Virus record (IMG/VR): IMGVR_UViG_3300008262_006988
DNA: 64,000 bases
Source: a virus
Strand: one strand, 5' to 3'
Both the position numbers and the translations under genes were made by a program. This document shows, piece after piece, positions 19,812 through 30,333 of the stretch. Within the stretch, counting starts at the first letter, position 1. The number at the start of each line of letters is the position of its first letter. Below the pieces are notes generated by a model. The model worked only from the letters and a program-made list of their open reading frames with translations, did not search any database and was not told the DNA's origin.

Positions 19812-22412
19812 TTAAGGTGCTATGCCTGCAGCGTTTAATGCATTCATTTTAGAATGTAATGTGCTTGTATTGCCGAACGAATTTATAGAGTTTTTAACAC
19901 TACTAACTACGACATTATTTCTTGGTGCATTACCGAGGGATGCAATTCCTTTTGATGTTTGCTCGAGATGCGAGACTTGTGCTTTGCTATTAAAAGCAGA
20001 TTCTTTCAGCATATTTAAAATCGGGCCATTAATAAGCTGATATAATTTTTCTTGTGTTTCAAACTGTTGTTTACTGTCTTGTTCTTCCTTTACAAGTAAA
20101 CCTCGATATGTGCTTGTTTGCATTTCAAACTTATCAGGAGCTTGATTTAATCTGTTAAACGGAGTTGCTGTTATTAAATTTTCTGTAGGTTGGCTTGTAG
20201 TTTGTCGAACGTTTACAGGTGCAGGGGAGGAGTATATATCCATTTTTGGAAATAAGTACTCTTCTGGTATACCTGCTTTATCTACCAATATATCACCTAC
20301 ATTTTTTTGCTTTTCTTTGAGCTCTTTAATTTTCTTTAAAGCCATATCACGTTCTTTTTGTGTATTATATAAGTTACCGGTTATAGAAGGGTCTATTAAG
20401 CCTTCAAATAAAGAACCAGAAAAAATTAAATTTTGAAAGCCCTGTGATGTTGTAAGATCTTCTCGTGTTTTTTTATCTTTACCTCGTTTATTTATTTCTT
20501 CTTGTTGTTCTTTTATTTGTGCTCTGTATGCTTCAAATTGTTCGAGCTGCTTTTTTTGTTCTTCGGGTATAACGCTCATATAGCTTGCTTGTCTACTATA
20601 CTTACCTTCTGTTGAGAAATCTGTAGTAAGTAATTTTAGTGTTGATATTTTACCATCAGGTGTTACGACTTGTTTTAAACTATCCATTACGTTAAGAAAA
20701 GTACGAATGCCTTGTGTAATGCCTGGTGCGTATCTATCAAGTATAAGTAATCCACGATGCTGCGTTCTTTCGTCGCCGCTAAACACCATTCCAAGACCAC
20801 TTAATAATTCTGAAATAGTGCTAAATGCTTTGGTGATTTTTTCGCTTATAGTAGTAAACACAGTGTTAAACATATCGCCAATATTAATTGGTTTTACTTC
20901 TTTGCCTGCATCTGGCTTGACACCCATCTTTGCTGCTGTCCAATCAAACGAACTTTTTGCAAGAGATTTAAATATTTCTGCAACTGGCTTTAATGAAGGG
21001 AAGTAATTTGTAGTAATACTGTCTAATGCTGTTGCGACATCATTGTAGTTAATGTCTGTACCTTTCTTTAATAAGTTAAATACATCACCTAATGCACCAA
21101 ACCCATCTCTAAAAAATGTAATTACAGGTTGAAATATATTAGCAATACCGCCAAATACACCGTGATATAATTGCTCAACAGTTGCTCCAATAAACGGTAT
21201 TTTCATGCTCTTATCACCGGCTTTATCATATGCAGCGCCAAGCAATCTTTCTTTTGAAGTATCGAGCAATAGTGCGAGGTATTCAGCGCCAGGTATAGCA
21301 AACGCAAGCTGTTTAAAGCCTGCTTTATAATTACCTTTATGCATTAAACTCAATGCATCCCATAGGTCAACCATTCTACCTATGAAAGGTATATTTCTAA
21401 TAATTTCTTTTACGCTTTTATTTTTTGGGCCAAGTGATTGAAAGAACGACATTATGCCACCACCCATTGAAGTCTTGGTAAATGCATCAAACATTTTCTT
21501 TACTGTTGGAAATTTAAATACACCAAAAGCAAGAGCACCAACACCTCCGAGCAAGAGCATAAGAGGTGATATTAATTTTAGTAGAGGGGACTTACCATCG
21601 GCTTTTTTTGAGTCTTTAACCTCATGCAAGAGTGCGTCAAATTTTGTAGCGTTGTCAAGTGATGTTAATAATCTTCTATCTTTTCTCGATAAATTAATCT
21701 CCGGAGGAGTTGTTTTTTCTTTGCGCTCTCTTGCAGCCGTCCGCTGATTAGCGCTTGTAATAGCTTCAAATATAGAAGTAAGCTTTTTATCGGATGAAGA
21801 CTTAAACGAGTTTAAAATATTAATTTGTTGCTTTAATATATTAGCTGCATCACCTTTAACATTTACATTACCAGATTTACCCGTTGATACCCTATCTTTT
21901 AATTGAGCTATAGATGATGTTACGTTGTCGAGTTTACCACCAAGTACAGTAACGATGTTATCTATATATGCTTTAAATGGATCTTCTTTACCTTCTTGTG
22001 ATTTTGAGAGAAATGTTTCACTTACTGTTTTAAAATTTGATGATAATGTTGTTTGTAATTTATCGATCGTTTCTTCTTGTTTTGTACCGTACTTATTAAG
22101 CTCGTTATTAATGTTTTTGCCTATTTCTTTGTTGGTAGAAACGATATTGGTGTTAATTTTATTAAGCTCATCAACGGTCTTTTCACCTGCTGATGTTACA
22201 GCTTGTTCATTTTTATGTGATGTTCGTACAAGCTCGCTAACAATCTCTTTTACATCGCGTAATGCAGTTAAATGCTTAGTAATATCGGGTAATTTGTCAC
22301 CGAGTACGTGTGCTGTTTTTTCAATGACGCGCTGCTGTGATCTGACTTCTTTTTCAATGTTAGCAACAGTGCCGAATATAGATTGAAGCTGTTCTGCATT
22401 TACCTCGTTCAT
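19812..22412 (-). CDS. Tape measure protein (gp29-like)
   Basis: 866 aa with a coiled N-terminus, hydrophobic LLLGGVGALAFG, RNIPFIG motif and an NNVVVSS tail; follows the gp26/51-like genes. Confidence 0.65.
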   Translation of the reverse strand: MNEVNAEQLQSIFGTVANIEKEVRSQQRVIEKTAHVLGDKLPDITKHLTALRDVKEIVSELVRTSHKNEQAVTSAGEKTVDELNKINTNIVSTNKEIGKNINNELNKYGTKQEETIDKLQTTLSSNFKTVSETFLSKSQEGKEDPFKAYIDNIVTVLGGKLDNVTSSIAQLKDRVSTGKSGNVNVKGDAANILKQQINILNSFKSSSDKKLTSIFEAITSANQRTAARERKEKTTPPEINLSRKDRRLLTSLDNATKFDALLHEVKDSKKADGKSPLLKLISPLMLLLGGVGALAFGVFKFPTVKKMFDAFTKTSMGGGIMSFFQSLGPKNKSVKEIIRNIPFIGRMVDLWDALSLMHKGNYKAGFKQLAFAIPGAEYLALLLDTSKERLLGAAYDKAGDKSMKIPFIGATVEQLYHGVFGGIANIFQPVITFFRDGFGALGDVFNLLKKGTDINYNDVATALDSITTNYFPSLKPVAEIFKSLAKSSFDWTAAKMGVKPDAGKEVKPINIGDMFNTVFTTISEKITKAFSTISELLSGLGMVFSGDERTQHRGLLILDRYAPGITQGIRTFLNVMDSLKQVVTPDGKISTLKLLTTDFSTEGKYSRQASYMSVIPEEQKKQLEQFEAYRAQIKEQQEEINKRGKDKKTREDLTTSQGFQNLIFSGSLFEGLIDPSITGNLYNTQKERDMALKKIKELKEKQKNVGDILVDKAGIPEEYLFPKMDIYSSPAPVNVRQTTSQPTENLITATPFNRLNQAPDKFEMQTSTYRGLLVKEEQDSKQQFETQEKLYQLINGPILNMLKESAFNSKAQVSHLEQTSKGIASLGNAPRNNVVVSSVKNSINSFGNTSTLHSKMNALNAAGIAP

Positions 22413-22435
22413 TTAATATATTTAATAAAAAAATA

Positions 22436-23188
22436 TTAAATGGTAAAAAACGATCCGTCGATATCTATTGTTATATCACCTATTTTACAGAATTTATTTT
22501 CTAAGATTCTATAAGCTTTTATAAAGTCTAAAATAATATTTGTAATATTAGAAGAAAATTTTTCAGCAATAGCGATTCTATCTTCAATTCTTATAGTGCT
22601 AAATATTACCTCAGTAACTTCTTCACCGTTCTTTATAGTAACAGATTTTATAAATTTTAAAAGCTCGTATATAAATAACTCACCGATAACAGACTTTAAA
22701 TCTGCACCCTGTTGTTTAAGTTTATTTAGCGAATAATTACTCAACTCAAAGTCGGTTTTAAGCTGTGGTGCTACTAAGCTTATGGTTATGTTATCGCTTG
22801 TAAAAGTGTGTTCAAGATTTGTTAGTTCAATTGAAGGAGCGTTAGCAATAACTTCTTCTAAGTTTATATCCCTTTCACCGTTGTTATAAGATTTATCAAT
22901 ACCAGTTGAACGTAATGTAAGCGCTATAACTACACGATCAATAGTTGTTAGCGTATTAATGTCTATGCTCTCTGTACTATTTTCTTTTATAATGTTGTAT
23001 ATGTTAGCATTAAACGAAAGTTTAGTAAGAGATTCATCTATAGCTGATTTAAGTAAATTTTTCTGTTGCTTTAGTGTAAGATTTTTAAATTTGACAGTTC
23101 TTTTTAACGTCGGTATAAAAACATCGATAAGAGCTTGCTGGTTAATATTATCAAGCTGCTTTAGTAAGTCATTAACATTTGCATTCAT
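22436..23188 (-). CDS. gp26-like baseplate hub assembly protein
   Basis: VFIPTLKRTVKFKNLTLKQQKNLL..LTTIDRVVIALTLRS. Start taken at ATG 23188 (track uses 23209). Confidence 0.7.
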   Translation of the reverse strand: MNANVNDLLKQLDNINQQALIDVFIPTLKRTVKFKNLTLKQQKNLLKSAIDESLTKLSFNANIYNIIKENSTESIDINTLTTIDRVVIALTLRSTGIDKSYNNGERDINLEEVIANAPSIELTNLEHTFTSDNITISLVAPQLKTDFELSNYSLNKLKQQGADLKSVIGELFIYELLKFIKSVTIKNGEEVTEVIFSTIRIEDRIAIAEKFSSNITNIILDFIKAYRILENKFCKIGDITIDIDGSFFTI

Positions 23189-23236
23189 GTCTTTATTATA
23201 TATAATCAAAACTATATAGTATTCAACCTATATACG

Positions 23237-24109
23237 CTATTGAGGTGGTGGTCCGATCATTACCGACCGGTTCTGTTGTTTTTGTTGTTCGCTTTTTTCC
23301 TTATTATAAAAATTAATATACAGCATAAGCTCTGCCGGTGTCGATCCATACACTACATCGTAGGGTAGTTTTAACTTTGATGTTAAAATATATTCAAGCT
23401 CATATATAGACAGCAACTCCCTTTTATAGCATAATTTAAGAAATTCGAGTACTGAATTTTCAACAAGGGTTAACGGTACTTCTAGAGAATTATCAGGTGA
23501 TGTATCCGGCGCCATAACTGTCATTAAATTTATACCATTTATTTTGCTCTCTAGTTCTGTTAAAAAATTCTTAGCGTCTTTAAAAACATTTACCGGTAAT
23601 CGTTCTACTATATCGTCTCTCTCTAACGGTACTACAATATTATTAATTTTTATTTGTCTTATTGTTGTAAATAATGATTCGTTAGTTTTATCAATAAATA
23701 AATTATTTGGTATACCAAAAGTAACTTCAAGTATAGCATTATATGTTTTTATAATCGTATCATATCCTGTTAAATCGAGTTCAGCAAGCTTTTGTATAAT
23801 ATCGTAAATACGGTAATTTACGTTAAACTTTTTTTCTGTTTCTGGCGATGTCACGATTAGTTCTATGTCAGAAAGTATGCAAACTGAACGGATTGTAAGC
23901 AGTATAAGCAGCTTATCAAGAAATGTAAAGGTTTCGTGTTTCTGATCGGTGGCTTTTTCAATAAGCTCATTAAACGCAACTTCAATTAATGCGTTGTTGT
24001 CGTTTGTTATAGTCTTTACTATACTTTTATATTCTTTAAACGTTAACTCTTTTAGTCTTATAGTGCGTTGCTGGCTGGGTATATATACTGTATAATAAAA
24101 AGAAAGCAT
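23237..24109 (-). CDS. gp26-like protein with a gp51-like C-terminal extension
   Basis: YIPSQQRTIRLKELTFKEYKSI..TFLDKLLILLTIRS; C-terminal IYELEYILTSKLKLPYDVVYGSTPAELMLYINFYNKE. Confidence 0.6.
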   Translation of the reverse strand: MLSFYYTVYIPSQQRTIRLKELTFKEYKSIVKTITNDNNALIEVAFNELIEKATDQKHETFTFLDKLLILLTIRSVCILSDIELIVTSPETEKKFNVNYRIYDIIQKLAELDLTGYDTIIKTYNAILEVTFGIPNNLFIDKTNESLFTTIRQIKINNIVVPLERDDIVERLPVNVFKDAKNFLTELESKINGINLMTVMAPDTSPDNSLEVPLTLVENSVLEFLKLCYKRELLSIYELEYILTSKLKLPYDVVYGSTPAELMLYINFYNKEKSEQQKQQNRSVMIGPPPQ

Positions 24110-24146
24110 TGATAATAATTAATGCTATTTCTGTATAACTCAATAA

Positions 24147-25034
24147 TTACAGCGGTGTAAAGCTGTTAATGTTAAACGCACCGCCTGTTATTTTAGGGAA
24201 ACCGTTTTTAGAAATGTTGTTAATGATGCTGATGATCGGGAAATAAGAGTTATTGGCGACTGTATAATGAGAGTATGTCCAGCGTGTTGTAATTGTCGAA
24301 AGTTTTTCCTCAGTGTAGTCGAGTGTCTGCTCACCGACGTTATAAGGTACACAATTATAAAATTGCCACACTTTACGTGGGATCATTGACATATTAGCTA
24401 ATGATCGTGAGTATTGCATCACCATCACGTTTGCTTTTACATTCTTCGGATCTCGTGTTATTGGTGTATCTCCAGGTCTCGCTGCAAGACCGTAATGTGA
24501 AGCGAGTATTACCCATGGTCTTATTACGAAATCAACGAATGATGTATTAGTCTCTCTAAACTCAAGCGCAAGTGTTGGCGGCTCGATTTGTCTCCCGTTA
24601 GCTATTATGCCTGGCGTAAAACCGCGATTGTTTGGTACGCTTATAGATCCGACATCATACTGTTCATTAGGTAGAGTAGCGCTGTAGGTAAACAGACATC
24701 CTACTATTCTTTGTGTTGCATGATTATATGTCGTGTTTTTTGCAACGTCAATATCAAACCCGTGCTTACTACCGTCTGTTCGTTCAAGCGTCTGAAGAAC
24801 TTCTGTGGTCAGATTTCGAGGTAAACTTTCAATGAGGACAATCCACTGTGTTGATAGCGGTGTTGCTGTAATCCACGAATCCATCTGCGCGAGAAAATAA
24901 TCCCGTGCACTTATAAGAGGTTGACCAGGTATATTAGTACCAATGAGTTCGGTGATTTGTGGAGCAAACGGCGGGTTAGTACCGTTAATTAACCCCACAG
25001 CGTTGTTTAGCGCGCTAGTTATTGGATCTGTCAC
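24147..25034 (-). CDS. Tail tube initiator (gp54-like, tube fold)
   Basis: LALEFRETN..IRPWV..WQFYNCVPYNVGEQTLDY..TTRWTYSHY; next to gp19; GTG start 5 nt after TAAATA. Confidence 0.6.
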   Translation of the reverse strand: MTDPITSALNNAVGLINGTNPPFAPQITELIGTNIPGQPLISARDYFLAQMDSWITATPLSTQWIVLIESLPRNLTTEVLQTLERTDGSKHGFDIDVAKNTTYNHATQRIVGCLFTYSATLPNEQYDVGSISVPNNRGFTPGIIANGRQIEPPTLALEFRETNTSFVDFVIRPWVILASHYGLAARPGDTPITRDPKNVKANVMVMQYSRSLANMSMIPRKVWQFYNCVPYNVGEQTLDYTEEKLSTITTRWTYSHYTVANNSYFPIISIINNISKNGFPKITGGAFNINSFTPL

Positions 25035-25051
25035 TTAATTATTTATTAAGT

Positions 25052-25615
25052 CTACGCTGATCTCGTGAAGTAGTGATAAGATAATGTAGTAGTAAACTCT
25101 ACTGTTTCACCTGTACCTGCTGCAATATTATAATTTAATGCACCAACAGATCTCGGTGATACACCGACTAGTGTGTACTCTGCGACTTTAAGCATTTTAT
25201 TGTCGAGCTGAACGAGAGTGATGTATGATGTTTGCCTTGGTGTGAGGTAATCACCTGTGCTGGTTGCATCATCAAACGTATATCTTGACCAGTCTTCGAA
25301 TTTTTGGCGTATTTGTGATTTTGCATCAGCATAGAAGGTAAGTGAGTAGCTATCGCTACCTGGGTATACTGCATTACCTGGTACGTTAAAGTTAAGACCC
25401 ATAAACGGTACAGGTACATTTGTTATTGCTCTTTCAGGTAATGTCGCAGTTTTGACATATACAAGATCAGAATTATCAAAAACAATTGGTTGTCCTGCAG
25501 CGTTTACTGCACTACCTGTATTGATTTGTAATACACGGAAATTAAAATCGCGAGCGAATTCTCTTTCACGTGCTACTCTGTAGAAGTCTTGGATTAGTTG
25601 ATTTACGTCTGCCAT
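25052..25615 (-). CDS. gp19: Tail tube protein gp19
   Basis: VKTATLP..VPFMG..VPG..SLTFY..IRQKFEDW..LVQLD..VEFTTTLSYHYF; directly after the sheath gene. Confidence 0.9.
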   Translation of the reverse strand: MADVNQLIQDFYRVAREREFARDFNFRVLQINTGSAVNAAGQPIVFDNSDLVYVKTATLPERAITNVPVPFMGLNFNVPGNAVYPGSDSYSLTFYADAKSQIRQKFEDWSRYTFDDATSTGDYLTPRQTSYITLVQLDNKMLKVAEYTLVGVSPRSVGALNYNIAAGTGETVEFTTTLSYHYFTRSA

Positions 25616-25642
25616 ATAATTATTTAGTTAAATGTTAGCTAT

Positions 25643-27955
25643 TTAGGCAACAATTTCTTGGAAATTAGCTCCTGTTCTTGTTGCATAGAAGTTGACAAGA
25701 ATAAACTCTGCAGCTCTCACTGGTTTGAGATATATGTCAACTATAAGTTCGTTTTGATCGATAACATCAGGTGTATTGTTTCTTTCATCGCATATGATCA
25801 AGTAGTCATATACACCTTGTGTATTTTTGGCGAGATCAAATATAGGTGAGAGAACGTTTTTAACATTTGTTCTTGTAAACAGTGTGTTAGGTTCAAATAC
25901 AAAATATCTCACTGTATTTTTTGTCTGCACTTCGAGGTATAAGAATAGACGGCGTACGTTTACTCTATCAAATGCACTTGGTCTCTTAAGTGATGTCTTT
26001 TGACCGAAGATTACAAACCCTTCATTCGGGAAGAATACTACAGGGTTAAGTGATAGCTTATACAATTGATCACGTTGTTTTTGTTTCGGGAAAAATCCGA
26101 GATCAGTTATACCTGTCACTACACCTCTCGTAAACCCTGCAGGTGCAAACCATGGATAGAAGTTAGTATCTGTTTCAGCCATCGAGGCTGCTGCAAAACC
26201 TGAGAATGGTACCCATGTTTGTCTATTAGAAGTCATGTCTGCAACTTTTGCAATGTTAGCATATATTGCTACATAGCTTGAATTAATACCTGCAAATTGA
26301 TTTCTTAACGGCCAGTAAATGTGTTGTGAGAAGTTTTTCTCTGGGTCATCTAATGTTTTAATATCATTACCTTCAACAAATATATTTGTAAGAGGATCTG
26401 CAATAAATAAGTGATCTTTACGCTTATTATCTGCAAAGGTGATAAATTCGTTTGCAACTGCAAGGTAGTATTGTGCTGCTTGCGGTATGGTATCCTCACT
26501 TTGTGCTGTTAACCCGTTTGTAAGGTTTGTATACGGTACCATGTCGTCAAAATAACCACTTGTTGAAGGGTTAAGTGAGTTTACATATACTGTACCGAGA
26601 CCAGCTTCGCAGGTGATGCTAAGCGGATATATTTCGCTATTTTCGATTTTATCGAGACATGTCTGTACTTTCGCTGGTACATTACCGATTTTCTTTGTGT
26701 CGAGGCTTTGCTCTACATAATCACTTACTGCAAAAAGATGGTTTGTTGTCTTGAGATCGTTAACCATCGCTTGTACAACAGCAGAAGGTGCACCCATACG
26801 TGTTGTGTATGATGAGACTGTGTCATCTGCTAACGGTGCGACGCGTGGTCCACTTAAGAAGCGGACGTTTTTTGTTGGTACACCGTTAATATCATCCCAC
26901 GAGACACCTTTATTTTTATTAGAGATGTAAGGGTTTACAAGAGTAATAATATTTTTAGAGCTGTCGTCAAGATTTTCGAGGAAGAATGTTTTTGCTGGTC
27001 CACCGTTTGGATCGTTAATTTGACTATAGTAATCGAGTGAAGCTACATAGCTCTCTTCAAGAATAAAGTCAAGTGCGATTGTATCAGGTGAGAAAATTGA
27101 TTGACGTAATTTAAATAAACCAAAGGCGACAGTATCGTTGTCAACTTTAGAGCTTATATTAAAGGATGGCAAGTTTTCCATTACCTCAGAAACACTATCA
27201 ACCACACCTTCGGCTGCTGCGGAAAGCGGGAAATTGAGACGTGTTGTCGGTACTTCAACGTACGTGCTTGTACCACCGTCATATATAGAAGTAAGAGTAT
27301 TATTAATGGATAATACGTTAATAATATTATCGAAAGTAGTAGCAGGGTTGAGGTTTGAGTTATCTATAAGACCAACATAGTAACCTTCAAACTTACTATT
27401 AATTGTTGTCTGTGCTTTATTAAGCACTATAAGACCAGCTTTTCCAAAATCACTTACACTTGTAAAACCTGGCGTAGCTTTGCCGCTTGCAGACCAAGTA
27501 AATGCATCACCGCGTAAAATACCAAGATATTGTTCTTTTGTTAATTTTACGTGAGTTGGTTTACCGAAGAAATATGTACCATTTGCAATATCAAAGTTTG
27601 TTGAAGAAAGACCTGATGTTGAGTTGTATGTTTTGGTTGGGTATACAAGAGCACTATATGTGCTGCTAAAGTCAACACCTTGGTTTTCACCGTATGGCAA
27701 TCTATAAACAAGTACATCTGCTGGTGTTTTTGATACCGCTTTTACGGTATGATAGAAATATCTCTCTGCAGAATTGGTTGGTACACCAAAAATACGCTCA
27801 TATTCTGAGAGTGATCCTATTTGTATAGGTTCTGATGTCGGCCCTTTTGCGGCAAAGCCGGGAATAAAAACCGTTGTAGGCGGTGCACCTACCGCTCTCA
27901 ATGAGAGATCTACTTCATTAATCTGAACACCGGGACTCTGTATCGTTCTTGCCAT
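25643..27955 (-). CDS. gp18: Tail sheath protein gp18
   Basis: SPGVQINEVDLS N-terminus; PWFAPAGFTRG, FGQKT, SAFDRVNVRRLF, FEPN and IYLKPVRAAEFI motifs. Confidence 0.97.
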   Translation of the reverse strand: MARTIQSPGVQINEVDLSLRAVGAPPTTVFIPGFAAKGPTSEPIQIGSLSEYERIFGVPTNSAERYFYHTVKAVSKTPADVLVYRLPYGENQGVDFSSTYSALVYPTKTYNSTSGLSSTNFDIANGTYFFGKPTHVKLTKEQYLGILRGDAFTWSASGKATPGFTSVSDFGKAGLIVLNKAQTTINSKFEGYYVGLIDNSNLNPATTFDNIINVLSINNTLTSIYDGGTSTYVEVPTTRLNFPLSAAAEGVVDSVSEVMENLPSFNISSKVDNDTVAFGLFKLRQSIFSPDTIALDFILEESYVASLDYYSQINDPNGGPAKTFFLENLDDSSKNIITLVNPYISNKNKGVSWDDINGVPTKNVRFLSGPRVAPLADDTVSSYTTRMGAPSAVVQAMVNDLKTTNHLFAVSDYVEQSLDTKKIGNVPAKVQTCLDKIENSEIYPLSITCEAGLGTVYVNSLNPSTSGYFDDMVPYTNLTNGLTAQSEDTIPQAAQYYLAVANEFITFADNKRKDHLFIADPLTNIFVEGNDIKTLDDPEKNFSQHIYWPLRNQFAGINSSYVAIYANIAKVADMTSNRQTWVPFSGFAAASMAETDTNFYPWFAPAGFTRGVVTGITDLGFFPKQKQRDQLYKLSLNPVVFFPNEGFVIFGQKTSLKRPSAFDRVNVRRLFLYLEVQTKNTVRYFVFEPNTLFTRTNVKNVLSPIFDLAKNTQGVYDYLIICDERNNTPDVIDQNELIVDIYLKPVRAAEFILVNFYATRTGANFQEIVA

Positions 27956-27961
27956 ATAAAT

Positions 27962-27967
27962 TATTTA
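27962..27967 (-). promoter_or_regulatory. Late promoter core TAAATA for the sheath gene
   Basis: 6 nt before ATG 27955. Equivalent boxes precede gp19 (25621-25626), the gp54-like gene (25040-25045), tape measure (22419-22424) and gp53 (18634-18639). Confidence 0.75.
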
Positions 27968-28014
27968 TGGCTTTTAGTTTTACTTTTTAAAAAATGACAA
28001 ACTATTCTGAAAAT

Positions 28015-28602
28015 TTATATATAGTCGTTTAAAGGTTCAACTATTAATTGTGAATAATCATATGTAAAAGATGATTCCATTTCATTTGAATTACGGTAAT
28101 CATACTCTATACCTCCAAGACCAGTAGGGAATGATTGAATATATTTAAATTCTATAATTTTTTTGTTATATTCATCTAACCCAAAAATGGAAATATCACA
28201 CCTATACTCAAGATTTGATTTATTGCTTGTTAAATCTTGTATATCGTATACACCTATCTGATCATCATTTAAAAGTTTTAACCATTTATATATAAACCAG
28301 TAGTTATTAAATCTATTATCTATAGTAAATTTTACAGAGTTAGGTTGATATGGTTTTCTTGCATGGCTTGTATGTAATAGAGAGTGACCTGCATAAGGTG
28401 TTGTAACTGCAGGTACCTCAATATCAGGTACTATATGACCATATATTGAAAATTGTAGACTTTCTGGTATTATAGTATCAGGAGAACGTATTTGTTTTGA
28501 TGATATCTCACGTAATGCCGGGGGTATATTAATAACCATGAGAAATTTGTCTTTTCTCGATTTGTTTAATGGGCTTTGTATGTATGTTATTTCGTTTGCC
28601 AT
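28015..28602 (-). CDS. Tail completion / tube terminator (gp3-like)
   Basis: LQFSIYGHIVPDI..VKFTIDNRFNNYWFIYKWL..FPTGLGGIEYDY tube-fold pattern. Confidence 0.6.
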   Translation of the reverse strand: MANEITYIQSPLNKSRKDKFLMVINIPPALREISSKQIRSPDTIIPESLQFSIYGHIVPDIEVPAVTTPYAGHSLLHTSHARKPYQPNSVKFTIDNRFNNYWFIYKWLKLLNDDQIGVYDIQDLTSNKSNLEYRCDISIFGLDEYNKKIIEFKYIQSFPTGLGGIEYDYRNSNEMESSFTYDYSQLIVEPLNDYI

Positions 28603-28605
28603 GTA

Positions 28606-30315
28606 TTAATATAGTGGTTTCCACCCTTCACTCTCTAAAGTCAACATCTCTGCATTTTCTTCAAGGTTTTCATCAAAAAGTATAGGTAGCGGTGGTGCTG
28701 CTTCATCACTATTTTGTTGATTACTATACATTGATGTAGGGTTTATGAAATATTTAATACCGTAATCTAATGTTCGTATTTTTAATGGTCTTTTATTATC
28801 ATCATATTCTTCTATCTCAAAATATTTTTCAACTAATTCATTTTCTAATATAATAAGAGCCCATATAAGACTCATTACTCTATCATCATGAATATCGGTC
28901 CCTGGTTTTGCAGACCACGTGCCGTTTGGATATCTTACAAAGTTTTTTAATTCGTTTAATGTGCGAATATCGTGTATCCGCACACTTTTTAGCTCGTTTA
29001 CAAAATATCTCATATTAGTAACACCTTTATATTTGGTATTTGTATGAGCTACGATACCTATTTTATTAAAAGATAGATTACCTGCCTTAACGCCGTAACT
29101 TACGATATTCTCATAGTTATGTGTATGCTTTAACTGATCTACTACTTGCGCACCGCAGTTATTTCTTTCAATTAATGCAGGTGGTGACCCCCAGTGTTGT
29201 AATATTTCGTGTAATTTTGTAGTAAAATTAAAGGGGCTTATAGTTTTATCATGATAAACGGCGACTTGTCTAATATTTTGTAATTCGGTTATATCTAATA
29301 CCTGAACAACACTAGCTGCTTCACCAACACCCTCACTTACGTCGACGCCTGCTACATATAATCTGTCACTTTTTGGTTCATCCCAAAGCAGATACTTACC
29401 TTCGTCATATACCAATGTAGGGTCGCAGCAATCTGCACGTAATTCCTCAAATAATTTTTCATCTACCGCACTTTCACCTGTTTCAACAAAAACATTACCA
29501 AATTCTTGATCAAATGCTTCACGATTTCCTAAAGATCTAATAGTTTTTTCTTTCCATACCTCATCACGTCCGGGTACATCCCACCAATCAACACGTTCTG
29601 CGTGCCAATCATTTTTACCTTCTGTTGCTTCAGAATAAAGTTTGTGAAATAAATTGCCTGTACCCTTTGGTGTTGAAGCTACAAATATTTTTGATTTTTT
29701 GGATGAAGAAATAATAGGGTAAACAGAGTTCCAAAAGTCTTCAACAAGGTGATTATCAATAAACGCAAGCTCATCAAGAATTAGACAGTTACAGCTGTCA
29801 CCACGACCTGCATCACTACTTGTAGTAGATATACCTATACTTGACCCGTTTGCCAATGACATAGATGTTTTACCATACTCTAAAACACCTGGTTTTAAGT
29901 AATTGGGTAGTTTTTCATATGCAGTACGTACCCGTTTAAAAATATTCATAGCAGTTACTTCTTTGTTAGCTACAATTAATGTACGCTGATCTTCAAAAAA
30001 GCATGAATTCCATAATGCATAAATAGTCATAAGTGTTGTTTTACCTATCTGTCTACTTGCAAGTAATACAACAAACCTACTATCTCTTAAAGCACGCAAT
30101 ATTCTTTTTTGAAATGGATGAAGTTCAATTTTTATTTTACCGCGATCGAGGTTTGTAATATAAAAAAAATTTTCCGCAAAATATAATATGTTTTTTCTAC
30201 ATTTTTCTATATCAATTACCCACTCCGGGTGATCTGCATAATCAAATGTAGCATCTGGTGTCGGTAACTGCTCGTTACCTAAATAGTATTCTTTTTTTTG
30301 TTTTTTAGTCGCCAT
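28606..30315 (-). CDS. gp17: Terminase large subunit gp17
   Basis: YLGNEQLP, LHPFQ, ASRQIGKTT, LILDELAF, STPKG, FDQEF, GVDVSEG and HDDRVM motifs. Confidence 0.97.
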   Translation of the reverse strand: MATKKQKKEYYLGNEQLPTPDATFDYADHPEWVIDIEKCRKNILYFAENFFYITNLDRGKIKIELHPFQKRILRALRDSRFVVLLASRQIGKTTLMTIYALWNSCFFEDQRTLIVANKEVTAMNIFKRVRTAYEKLPNYLKPGVLEYGKTSMSLANGSSIGISTTSSDAGRGDSCNCLILDELAFIDNHLVEDFWNSVYPIISSSKKSKIFVASTPKGTGNLFHKLYSEATEGKNDWHAERVDWWDVPGRDEVWKEKTIRSLGNREAFDQEFGNVFVETGESAVDEKLFEELRADCCDPTLVYDEGKYLLWDEPKSDRLYVAGVDVSEGVGEAASVVQVLDITELQNIRQVAVYHDKTISPFNFTTKLHEILQHWGSPPALIERNNCGAQVVDQLKHTHNYENIVSYGVKAGNLSFNKIGIVAHTNTKYKGVTNMRYFVNELKSVRIHDIRTLNELKNFVRYPNGTWSAKPGTDIHDDRVMSLIWALIILENELVEKYFEIEEYDDNKRPLKIRTLDYGIKYFINPTSMYSNQQNSDEAAPPLPILFDENLEENAEMLTLESEGWKPLY

Positions 30316-30333
30316 ATATATAAGTATATATAC

